NCBI RefSeq assembly: GCF_004010195.1
Contig: NC_057736.1
Coordinates: 15,808,338 to 15,872,337 of the forward strand
Source of the DNA: Chiloscyllium plagiosum
Taxonomy: Eukaryota
Direction: 5' to 3'
DNA: 64,000 bases
The position numbers and the translations under genes were made by a program. This document shows, piece by piece, positions 37,577-49,855 of this stretch. The notes beneath the pieces were generated by a model. It had not been told where the DNA came from. It searched no databases and was given only the letters and a program-made list of their open reading frames with translations. The first letter of the stretch is position 1. The number at the start of each line of letters is the position of its first letter.

Positions 37577-39977
37577 TTGTTACAATTGATTTGGACTCAG
37601 TGTAAAAGAGCTGATTCAGAATGTGTCTGCTTGCAACAAAGGCTCATTCTACAATAGCCAAAACCTGTCTCCACTCCCATCGTCAGTAAGTGTGTGTGCT
37701 GCAACAGAACCAAAAACTGAGTTGTGAGCTTGCTGATTGCAACTTTTGAGCAGCAATTGCAATTCTCTTAGCTACAAAAGGGAAGTTTCAGCAGGACACT
37801 TGTGAGTGATTGTTACACAGGGATCACCAAGCTTGGGATAGATACCAGGAATAAGGACAGGATCTGGCTGTGGTGTGGCACCCAGTGATTAAATAGTTAA
37901 CTGACTAGCTGTCTTGTGCTGGGGTAAGGTACAGGATAGTGACTGACACCTGTGCTAACAGGAGGAGAGGGGCGACAATTGTGATGGAGGCGAAATAAGA
38001 CAGAAACAGTAACTGACAACACTGGAGAAAAGAACAGAAAAATAACAAACCCACAGGCCCCTCATTAGCCTCCAGATGGTTGCTGGCATCCAGAGCTGAG
38101 CAGCACCATGCTGTGTTTTTGTGTGTATACATCCTTGACTGAGGGATAATAATCCAAGATTATTAAATATGATAATTGATTGTGTTTTGATTGTTTTTGA
38201 ATGTAGGTCAGCTCCCGCTTGTTGGTTTGTTCTGGGCACTTTGTACTTAATGGGTTAAGATCATTGCCTGATTGAGTAAAACAAGGTCGCTGACAGCATC
38301 AATCAGACTTAACACTGTCCAAGTGCTATATTTGCTTCTGCTCTTTGTTCTAGTTTTTGGGGGAAGCAGAGAGAAAGGAACAGCTTCCTTTGACTAAATC
38401 ATTAATGCCCACTTGATTGGATAATCTGAAATAATCTGTTGATTGTTGGGATCCTTGGCAGCCTATAACAAAACTGAATGTCGATAGAGTCATCTTGGGT
38501 CCCATTTGATTGGGTGACTCTAGCCCAATGAGTGAGTCAGGAGACTGACCCTGTGCTGCCTAAAGTTTTGGGAGCCCAGGACCGCGAGGGTGATTTTGAG
38601 AGGACTTCAAACACGAAGGAAGGATGAGGATTTAAATTGTTCGAGCAGGGAACGGGGTATGGAAGGGAGGTTGATTACGGCAATGTAGAGGCAAAGTTTG
38701 GCATGTAAGTACTTTTTATCTGAAACAAGGACATTCATTGACAATATTATTTAGAGATATTGCAGAGCTTGTGTTGTCGTGTATGTAGTCATTGTGGCTT
38801 ATGTCTGGCACAAGTGGACAATGTCTGTTTGAATGAAGAGTTTAGGTACAGGGTGAAATGCCAGAGAGCAGGACAGCAGAGGGTGGAATAGTAGTGATTT
38901 GGAATTTAAAAACTTGCACTCTTCACAAATCAACACGTAAAGAATTGGCAAGTCTGAAATCATCTTTAGTTGGTCTGCATTCAACAACCACTTTTGCCCC
39001 TTGCTCAAGTCAAACAAGGCTGATACAGGATTTGAGGCTATCTGACAAGCTGTAATTAATTCCCTGTCAAAGCTCAGCTGATTGGTTGAATAACTAATAA
39101 CAAGAAATTAATGTAGCTTTTATAATGGCCTACCAGCTTTGAAAAAACTTAAGTTTCTTTTCCCACAGTCACAAAAGACAATGATGTAAACGGGCATTGA
39201 ATCACAAACAAAGTGCCACTTACATTTTGCTGCTATTCATTCTTTTGAAATAATAAAACTATTGCTGGACACTTAACCCGTTAACTCCACCATCCCCTCA
39301 CACAGACATGATCCCTTCAGGCAACAGCCATACCTATTGATCATTTTTAGCTTCAAAACTAAAGTTGCAAGATTTGAAATCAAGATTGGAATAATTTCCT
39401 ACATTGTATTGAAAGGATTTCCCTGGCTTGTGTATCATTACATTGAGTACAAAGACAACATGCATTCCTTTATTGCTGTGTCCTAAGTGCTGGGTGGACT
39501 CCTCATTGATCAGACAAACCCATGTGTGCCTGAGATTTAGTCAGTGCACAGTGGCCTATGTATTTTTTCCCTCCATTGTGACTGTGGGGAGTTTCATGTA
39601 TGGGTACAAGTGCACTTTCTATGGAATTGTTTAACAGCATAAAAGAAATCATTCATATTAGTATGGCATGCTTCTTGATACAAGAACACGCCAAAAGGTT
39701 GTACAGTTAACAAAGTACTTTGTGCAATGTAGTTACATTTCTTTATATTATAACAGTAACATCTACTCAGCAAGCTCCCAAAACCGCAAGGTGATAATAA
39801 CCAGATGAGCAGTTTGAGCAGTGTTTTTTATGGATAGTTATGGCCAGAACACCAACATAAATACCCTGCTTGTTTTCAAAATGGCATCTTTCATATCCAC
39901 CTGAGAAGTTAACATGGCCAAGTTTGAATGTCTTCTCAAAGAAGGCCTCTCCAACAATGCAGTATTGTCTTAATACT

Positions 39978-40478
39978 ACTATCGGAAGGATGTTGTAAAA
40001 CTTGAAAGTGTTCAGAAAAGATTTACAAGGATGTTGCCAGGGTTGGAGAATTTGAGCTATAGGGAGAGGCTGAATAGGTTGGGGCTGTTTTCCCTGGAGC
40101 ATTGGAGGCTGAGAGGTGACCTTATGGAGGTTTATAAAATCATGAGCGCCATGGATAGGATAAATAGGCAAAGTCTTTTCACTGGGGTGGGGGAGTCCAG
40201 AAATAGAGGGCATAGGTTTAGGGTGAGAGAGGAAAGATATAAAAGGGACCTAAGGGGCAACTTTTCATGCAGAAGGTGATGTGCTTAAGGAATGAGCTGC
40301 CAGAGGAAGTGGTGGAGGCTGGTACAATTGCAGCATTTCAAAGATATATGAATAGGAAGAGTTTAGGGGCCAACTGTTGGCAAATGGGACTAGATTAGGT
40401 TAAGGTATCTGGTCAGCATGGACTTGTTGACCCGAAGGGTCTGTTTCCATGCTGTACATCTCTATGACTCTGACTCTA
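39978..40478 (+). mobile_element. CR1 LINE 3' fragment inserted into a minus-strand DeuSINE-like copy
   Basis: ORF 40031-40279 (RERLNRLGLFSLE); tail CTATGACTCTGACTCTA. Confidence 0.92.
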
Positions 40479-41507
40479 CTGTGCTGGGACTGTCAGTCTG
40501 GGCTATGTGATCAGCGTCATGGAGTTGGACTTGACTGCATAGCTTTTTAACTCAGAGGCCAAAGAGTTAACCACTGTGTAAAAGATGATGTTTGTTGGTG
40601 GAATTTTCAGTGCATTTAGTGGGTTTCACAGGCAAATTGCTGAGTCATGCTTTTCTCAAGGCCATTGTTCTGATGGAGGATCAAGAGACCTTATTTGTGA
40701 TCATCCCTTCCTATCAGCTTGGTGCAGTGAGATCACTTCAGCTTGGCAAGGCCAGTGATTGTACATGTTATCTGTGTCTGCTGCTAGTGTAATCGAGCCT
40801 GATTACATTTCTCTTCTTATAAGTTGAATGTTTCAGTTTCCATTGCTGTTGCTACCTGACTTTATAATGGTGTTGGCTTCTCCATACAGTGGACGAGTTA
40901 CCATATAACTCCTTTAATTACGTTACTCAAGAACATTGACACAGTGGTTGCAATGAGGCACATTTGCGACAAATATTCTGCTAATGGGGGTAGTTTGAAA
41001 TTCCCACCATTGCACATTGCATAACCCCATTGGCGAGGGGTTGCAGGGGAGTGAAGGTGCACGTAAAATATGTCTGACCATCAGGTGACCAGGGTACCAC
41101 CTTCACTGCTCTTCACCCCCACCCTCCAATCCAAGCTCAGTCCTATAATATAGAGGGTGGGTGGACAGCTAAATGAGCAGCTCACCCCCCCTTGTGTAAA
41201 TAAATAGCTGAGAGTCCATACATCTTATTAAAAGCGCAGTTGGCCCAATCCTTGGCATTTCCCCTCCCCTCTCAGAATTTGGTACATTCTCTTCCGACTT
41301 ACCCACATGGTCCTTCAATTTCAAACAGTGATCCAACCTCTTTGCTCCCTCCCTTAAGTGGTAAATGTCCCCTGCCCAACGCCCCGGCTTGTCTTGATCC
41401 ATGCTATAACTGGGATATTGCCTGCAGTTCCAGCAGTGTCCACTATGAAGTTCTGGTGCTGCTGGTTTCTGCTGGAGCCCCTCCTGATTAGCCAACAGCT
41501 CTTGAAG

Positions 41508-41594
41508 TTGAAACTTTATTGCTGGAACAGCACAGCAGGTCAGGCAGCATCCAGTTTCAACTTTGATCTCCAGCATCTGCAGACCTCACTTTCT
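41508..41594. mobile_element. Penelope-like 3'-end insertion with inverted segment
   Basis: 16-bp TSD CCAACAGCTCTTGAAG (41492-41507, 41595-41610); both parts match 58678-58745, one of them inverted. Confidence 0.85.
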
Positions 41595-44500
41595 CCAACA
41601 GCTCTTGAAGCTGAGCTTCCCCTCAATGAGGGGCAGAGGTCACTCTCAGCACTCGGTTAGCCCACCAGCAGTGCTTTAAGACAGTGGGACAGGCTTGTTC
41701 TTCATCTGTTAGCTCATTACTGACTTTCCATTGGGGCTGGGAGGTTGGGGGACTCAGGGAGGTGAGCTATCTGCCCCATATGCTCCACCAATTTAAATAT
41801 TAACCTGCGAAATAAGCAATCAGAGTCTTGTGCAAAAGGTACACCCATGGCAGAATATACTGTGATAAAAAAATTGCATTTTAATAACTGGCTGACCAAC
41901 AGCTGAACTTCTTTAACATTTGTGATAAACTGCACTTGAGGCACATTATAAATACTGCTTCATGACTTAAGAAGCCTAAACAAAATCTCTATTTCTTGTT
42001 ATTGTAGGAGGATGAAGGAATTGGTGGAAATTTTGCAATGCTATGGTTCTGTACATTTTCTGTGTGAAAGCACCAATTCACAGCCCTTGACTTTACCAGC
42101 ACTTTGTGCCATAGAGCACTAACTTGGGAATTGTTAATCTGGTTAATGCTATTCTTGTCCCTGTCATCCTGTCACGTTTTTATGTGTAATTATTGTGGAT
42201 CAGTATCCTGTATCCTGTTATCCATTGTCATTCTACAGATCTGCCACCACCATTATTTTAATCAGTGGAATGTGAATATTGCCAAAAGAACTGTGTATTC
42301 ATTGACCATCTCTAAGTGCCATTGAGAAGCTGGGGTGAACCACCTTTGAATGTACACCCACAGTGATTACTTTGTAAATGGTTTGATACAACTGAGTGAG
42401 TTGCTGGATCAATTCAGAAGGCAGTAAAATGATACTATGGATATGGCATCACGGATAGGCCATATTGTGGAAGGACAGCAGATTAATTTCCCTGAAGGAT
42501 GTTAATGAACTAGATTTTCAACAATCCAGTCCATTTCATGCTGACAATTACTGGTACCTTTTTTCATTCTAGATATAATTAATTAACTGAATTCCAAATC
42601 AGATTGTCCTTTGGTTGTATTTAAACTGATGTGTGCAAATTATTAGCCCAGGGTAATTAATACAGTGACTATGATGTTGTACTTGTTCAGAGTATACCTG
42701 GTGCATAAATCCAGTGCCAGTGTTGCATCAAACATAGGGACAGCAATGTTATATTTCTAAAAAAAGAACATGGGTATCACTGGCTGGGCCAGCAGTTATT
42801 GTGCATCCTGAGATGGTCTTGAGAAGGTGATGGTGAGCTGCCTTCTTGAACTGCAGTCTCTTTGTTGTAGGTAGACCCACAACATCAATAAAATTCTCTT
42901 CAGGTCACTGTTGTGTTCAAATTATGGATAAGCTATGGACATGGAAGAGTTGGAGATCAGACATAACCAATGCAGCCTCGATGTTTCCAAAGATACAGTT
43001 CTGGTGAGATAGGTTTCTGGTATTGAGGCTCCCTCAGTAAAAAGTTCTAAAAGGACTTCCGAGAATAGATGTCAGATTATCAGTTCTAATACGTTTTGAG
43101 TGACAGGACTTTCTTTCTCAAATGTGCAATGTGAAACTAACCATGGTAAATTAGTCCTCCGTTTCAACACTTCTATATTTCCTTTGTGCAATTGTGTAAC
43201 TACCTGTGAATGTATTTTGCTTCAGTCAGTTAACGAAGTCCCTGACTGTCCTGAGATGGAAGGAAATTTCACATGTTCTGAAAAATTCACAAACTGGGTC
43301 AGAGCCTGAAAGACATAGGATAGATGATAATATTACTGCAGGTGACACCTGTAACAGAACTGAAACATTTCCCCACCTGAAATATCTATTGTTCTTGATT
43401 TTAGGTGCTGACAATCTGACCTATTTTTCCAGTGCCTTCTCTGTGCATATTACAGGACAGAATGAGAGGCATGGAGCATGACCTTCTGACTTGATCACAG
43501 TGCATGCTATATTGGGAACCATGGTGAGAGAGCAATTCATTTGTTAAACTGGTGGGGAAGAAAATTATTAAGAATAGTTTCAAAATAAAATGAATAATTG
43601 CAAATAAACCTACAAGTTAGGGGTAGGAATGGTCCATTTACTCTCTTGAACCAACTCCACCATTTTGATAAGGTCATGGTCGTTGTAACATGAACTCCAC
43701 ATTCCTGCCTTTCCTCCATTACCTTTCTCCTTTGCTTATCCACTGCTGCCTTAAAAATATTCAAAAAATCTGCTTCCACCACTTTTTGAAGATAGGAATT
43801 CAAGACTCATGACCCCCTGAGAGAAACTGGTGCATAAATCCAATGCAATAAATGTAGGGATAGCGCTGTTATTTTTTTTAAAAAAAAAAAAGACCATGGG
43901 TATCACTGGCTGGGCCAACAGTTATTGTCCACCTTGAGATGCTCTTGAGAAGGTGATGGTGAGCTGTCTTCTTGAACTGTAGTCTCTGCATCAGAGTTTG
44001 AATTTTTAAATAATTATTCCTAATATTGGAGATAAGGAGAAAGGGAGTTCGTTAACTTATCCGTCAGGTAATGAAATGACTGTTTGTTTATCTTCTCATT
44101 GACTATGGGAAGATGAGCATAGTGAGGGTGGGCATGATGAGCAGTCAATGGTAGCACTATGGGGTGGGATGATAAGAGGCTAGAGGTGATGTAATGCAGC
44201 CAGAGTGAAGAATACGCACCCCACACCCTCGCCCTTCGCCATAATACTGAACAATTGCTATCTTCCTGAGGCCTTATCAGCCAAAACATCATCGCAGGAG
44301 CAACTCCTTGGTACATGTCAGTGCTTGCTGTCAAGTTTTAGTGCAAAATATATTTTCAGAAATAAGACCTCAGACATTGTGCTGAACTGTTCTGTGATCT
44401 GACATGAGTGAGTAATGTTTAACAATAGCTGATGGCACAGAGGATCCTTCCAGAGTGTCGCTCTCTTTAAAGGAGAATTGAACACTGCTTTGATGGATGA

Positions 44501-47500
44501 ATATGGATAAATGGATAAGCTAATGGATAAATACACTGCCTGCTGTTGATACTGAGCAATGGATAACAGGAACCTCTTGTGTCCAATCGTGTGTGTGTGT
44601 GTGTATTCCCTACTTAAATCTCTCCATCTCTCTAACCCTCACTGCACCTCAGAGATGTTCTTTAAAAGCTACTTCTTTGACTATGCTTTTGGTGGCCTAT
44701 CCTAATATTTTCTTATGTTTCGGCAACAAATTCTACCTGTTCACTGCTGTGAAGAATTGTGGTGCTATCAAAGGTGCCAGAGAAATGTAAGTTGTTCTTG
44801 GTGAAAAGTAAATCCAATTGGTCACCCACTGGGCACTCAGGTTAAAATGATACCTGCTTTGTTTCAGTAAGTAGGATTGGATTTATTTAGAAAGTTATTG
44901 GAGCTGTACTCTGTTTAACAAAATACTTATCCGAGTTGAGAAATCCCATAAGGGCTTGGAGTGGAAAGCTGGAACCGGATCAAGTAGCCAATCCTCGTTA
45001 AATCCAGATCAGTCACTGCATTTACCTGTTGGATTGAACATTAAAGCGTCTTACAGAAAATCTCACCTGATTGTTACTTTCCATCCGCTTTGGAGAGACA
45101 TTGTCCTTGTGCTGAGTGGGTCAGGCTGTACATGTCGAGAGAACTGACTGATAACACTTTGGATGGGAATCCTTCATCAGAATGTTCCTCACTGATGCAT
45201 CATTGGGTGGAGCACAGTATGGATGAGCTAGATATCCTTGGAGGCAGGCACCTCCAAGGATATCTAGCTCATATTGACTTGAGTCACCCAAACTTTGTTG
45301 TCCATTTCTGACTCAGTTCACCCTTTGTTCTCCCCCTTACCTTGGTTCCAGGTTAACCAATGCGTCAAGTTAAAAATTCTCATCCTCGTTTTCAAATCCC
45401 TCACCTTTCCCTGTGTCCAGCCCATAACCCTCTGAAATTTCTGCGCTTATCCTATTATGGCCTCTTGCACAATTTGGATTTGAAGATCTTCATTGCTGCT
45501 GACTCAGCTGCCTCAGCCTTTTGCTATGAAATTTCCTTTCTCAATCCCCTTGCCTTGAAGACAATCTTCAAAACCTGCACCCAGGTTATCAGCCAGGTGA
45601 GGTAACACCTCTTTAGGTGAATTGATTTGAAATTCAGTTTGTTAATCCATTTTTGAAGCATCTTGGGAATTTGTTGTACGTTAAATGTGTTATGTAAAAG
45701 CAAATTGTTGCGTTCGCTATGTAGCACATGTAATAGTAATTCTGTTAAGTTGTTTAAAATTATGACTTGTGATAGGATAGATACAGAGACACTACTTCCA
45801 GTGAAAGCCAGTGACCAAATTGGGACAACCATAACATTAGAACAATGTTGTTCATAAGTGAAATCAGGAAGTGATACAATCACCGTTTTAAAGGGCAGAC
45901 TCTTTCCAGACTCTGAATAATATGGACATGGCAAGTCATAGGGTCATCCAGCATGGAAGCAGACCCTTCAGTCAAACTCATCCGTGCTGACCAGACATCC
46001 CAATCTGACCTAGTCCTATTTGCCAGCATCAGTCAGCAAAATATGACAGCTGTGGAAAAGGAGATTTTCAATGCTTCAGGAAACAAAATCAAATTTTACT
46101 CTCAAGCCTTCAACTGCAAGATGGCAATCTCACTAAGAAACGGTGAGAAGCCTATCTGCATGCATTAACATTTCTTTATTATCTAATTTTCCCTCACTTA
46201 CACGCAATTTACCATTTTTCCAGAGGAGAGAAACGAGAGCTTGCACAGGCAGCTGCAACTTGCTGGCTTTTCTCAGGGTGTGTATCTTGGCCAACATTCT
46301 CCGACACCTCAGTGCCCACTCCATGCATAGTAACCACCAACACCTTTATTCATGTAGGTTGTCATTGACAAAGCATCTCATCATCCTGGCATATTTGGGG
46401 CTCAACTTATACTACTGTACTTTGGAGCTCACCTGACACCTTATATTGCTGAAATTACTGTACAAACTCAGCAGGTCTAGTAGCATCTGTGGGAAGAAAG
46501 CAGAGTTAATGTTTTGAATCCAGTGACTCTAAAAACCTTTTTTTTTTGCAGTATTGCTGGGTGGTCCTCCAGTCTATGGACACTGTGTTGATTCAACTTG
46601 CAACTTCAGACCAAGCTGGCAGTGTCTGACGTAATGTGCAGCTGATGTTTAAATAAAGTGCCCATGGCATAAATGTCAGAAGGTTTAATGGTACAGAGTG
46701 CACGGTAGCATAAGAGTGATGACATGGAGGCATGGCACACACACAGTGAGTGGAACAACGGAGTACTGTTTGAGGTAACTTGCTGGAGCTCAGGAAGAGA
46801 AAGTCTCCATGAAACTCCATCGAAAAGACCATTTTTGGTTAAAAGTTATCCCCAGACTGAGATCGCTAGATATCCTTACTCAACAAAGAACTGCGCAAAT
46901 GGGAGTAAAAAGACTCAGGTTAACTTACACCTGTAGTTGTCCCATGCTTTCCTCTCATCTGTTGCGGACAGAATTGATTGTTGAAAAATCATGGTGGCAG
47001 CTGCTGAATTTTGAGGACGACCTATGGTCTCCGATATTCGCCAGTAGATACAAATAGTACCCAATCAAATGCTCTATTTCCAAATCTTAGCTGGTCAGTG
47101 AAGCAAAATTAGAAATTAATTTAGGGTGGAGGTGAGCGATTTTTATTTTAATAAATAGTCGTCCAACTGTTTTATCTCTAAACCAAAGGGAAGCCACCTC
47201 TGGGCAAGAGGGCACCTCTTTGAAATGGCTTGAAAAAATACATCAAACGGATGTCCACTGCTGTCTACAATAACATGGTGAGGGGAGTGCAGCGGGGTTG
47301 GCATTGCTACACTTCACTTACTTTTCTTTGGCAACTATCTACAGCTCTGATTCCTAGCCCCGGCCCCATCCCCTAATTGCACACCCCTGGCCTTACAACT
47401 CTTTGCTCCCTTTCCTTGTTATGGAGTTGCATAAACTGTGGAAAGATGTTGAGGTAGGATCTGGTCAGGTATTTTACTTCTTTACCTTCCTTAGGGTAGG

Positions 47501-47679
47501 CAGCCATGTGCAGTCTTGATAAAGTTGCTGGGTACATGTCACCTTTCACAACATCTCGTAGCACTGCTTATCTTTCTCTTGCTTTCCTCCTTCATGGAAG
47601 ATGTTGAATTTTGCACAACTGCCAGTGTGAAGTTGCATCATGCATTCAACAGTAATAATAACTAACTGTTAGCCATGGA

Positions 47680-48090
47680 CATCATTCTCTTGCCTGAGTC
47701 AGAAGATCCAAGTATTTGAGCACCTAATGAAACTTCCGGTACAGCAGTGTAGGACTGCTATGCTGTTGAAGATGTATTCCTTTCAATGAATCTTTAAACC
47801 ATGTGTGCCCTCTCTGGAGGTTGTAAAAGCTTGCAAAATGTTACTTGGAAGAAGAGCATGGGAGTGCTCGCTGGTAGCTTGGGGACAATACATATCCCTC
47901 ACCCTAACTCACTAAGGGAGGTCATTTATCGCACAACTGTTTCTTGGAGCTTGTTGTGTGCAAATTGGCTGTCATGTTTCCTATGTTACCTCAGTGGCTA
48001 GACTTCAGAAAGGACATCATTGGCTGCGAAGCCTTTTGAGACATTCTGAAGTTGTGAAAGGTGCTATAGAAACACAATTTCATTCCTTTT
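47680..48090 (+). mobile_element. DeuSINE-like SINE directly upstream of the exon acceptor
   Basis: GAAGAGCA..GGAGCTTGTTGTGTGCAAATTGGCTG..TTGTGAAAGGTGCTATAGAAA. Confidence 0.7.
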
Positions 48091-48185
48091 TTAAAATATA
48101 TATCCCATGCTTTTCAATTTGCAGGTTTTCCGATGTTATTGGTCCTGTCACCTTGGAGTGAGTGAGACACTGAGAAGGTAGGAAG

Positions 48186-48356
48186 ATGAAAGCTGAGATC
48201 TCAGATATGAGCCAGTGGACAGAGGTGGATTTGGAAGAGAAGTGCACCTACATTGTAAATGACCAACCTGCAGACCCAGTAAAATATGCTGAGATTCCTC
48301 TGGCCAGAGCTTCCATACCCCGAAACCTTATCTTTAAGTATGCAGCTACCAATGAG
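48186..48356 (+). CDS. PRDM1: First coding exon of a PRDM1/Blimp-1-subfamily zinc-finger gene (PRDM1-like; possibly the ZNF683/Hobit paralogue). Exon about 48125-48356, including 5' UTR
   Basis: [46 protein letters not shown] aligns with recalled human PRDM1 ([41 protein letters not shown]); acceptor TTTTCAATTTGCAG ends at 48124; phase-0 donor GAG|GTAAGT after 48356; A at -3 of the ATG. Family is secure, orthology is not. Confidence 0.9.
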
Positions 48357-49561
48357 GTAAGTCCCTCTGAGCCCAACTGACCTAATATCTCTGAGCAACA
48401 CACAGTAATGTCAAGTGTATATTGCAAAAATAAATTCAAATTCATATAAATATTCACACTGTCAATTTCTGCTTGCAAGGACTTGTTCATTGTTATTCTT
48501 GGGATTGGTCACTGGCAGATCAGTATGCATTGCTTTTCTCTTGATGGTCCAAGGTCAAAGCTATTACAGAAAGGATCACTTTGTACTTTCATTCGAAGCA
48601 ATGTGATGTCCAAAGCATGATCTACAGACAGGTATTGTAGACCTAAGTGAAAGCAATGGAACTGGAGACAGGATGAACATAACATTTCTGCAGTGGACTT
48701 TTGTGATCAGAAATCTACTGCCTGTCTGGACAGTAGAAACTCGTTGAACCAAGCTTTCCAAAGCAAATTAAAGAAATACCTGAGAAGGAAGCATTTGTGA
48801 TTTTAAAAGTAAGGGAAGTAGAACTGATTGGATAACTATTTCAAACATCCAACACAAGCATGATGGGCTGAACGATCTCATCCTGTGCTATATGATTGCT
48901 GTACATTTCCAGACTGGCCACATTTGTATTGGTACATTGCCCAGACATTCTGCCAGATTTCAGGGAAATGGGTGGTATCATAGGTAGGCATGAGCAGGCA
49001 AGGCCCACATCACATGCAAGCTAGTATCATTTCCCTGTGGGTCTGGGAGAGACACCACTGCAAACCCCTAGCCCCAACAGAAATAAAGGGACTGCTGATT
49101 AGACTACTTAGTGCCTGGCATAACAAGCAGGATATGCTTTTTGCTAGGAAGGTAACTGGAAATGGTAACATTTATGCATTTTGAGTCCAAAAGTTGTAGG
49201 TTTATGTTCCACTCCTGAGACTGAGCTCTGAAATCTATAGTTGTATCCATTCGTAGGTTCTGGAACTTCACTGACCAGCCTGCAGTTGTGCACCCCTGAT
49301 TTCTTGGGAGCAATTACGAGCCAGCCGTGTTGCAGTGAGTCTGGATCAAGTCAGATTTACGCCCAGTAAGGACAGCAGGTTTCCCTTCCTCAAGGACATT
49401 TGTGAACCAGCTGGGATTTTATGACAATAACTGAGTTTCCTGAGACCAGTTTTCAACTCCAAATTGCTTCAATTAATTAACTTTTAGTAGATTTTAAATT
49501 CCGTCAGCTGCCATATTGTGCTATGTACCTATGGCTCAAAAGCATTTGCATGGGCATAAGG

Positions 49562-49855
49562 AGTGGCAGGACAGCTCATTGGTTGAGACTTCAGCCTCAT
49601 TACGGCAGAGACCTGAGTTTGATTCCAGCCTTGGGTGACTGTCTGCCTGTGTGGAGTTTGTAACGTTCTCCCTGTTTCTGCGTGGGTTTCCTCTGGGTGC
49701 TCCGGTTTCCTCCCACAATCCAATGATGTGCAGGTTAGATGGATTGGCCATGGGAAATGCAGGGTTATAGGGTAGGTGGGTGGGATGCTCTTCAGAGGGG
49801 CAGTGTGGACTCAATGGGCTGAATGGCTGCTTACACCGTAAGGATTCTGTGATTC
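49562..49855 (+). mobile_element. V-SINE (HE1-like), diverged
   Basis: GTGGAGTTTG..GTTCTCCCTGTTTCTGCGTGGGTTTCCTCTGGGTGCTCCGGTTTCCTCCCACA V-domain. Confidence 0.85.

Noticed and set aside
46121-46148. Upstream coding exon (ATG...CG|GTGAGA)
   Set aside because: Splicing to 48125 meets stops in every frame, and there is no homology support
48645-48653. AAGTGAAAG Blimp-1/IRF-like site in the intron (autoregulation)
   Set aside because: A single 9-mer is expected by chance in 64 kb of AT-rich DNA; it needs conservation data
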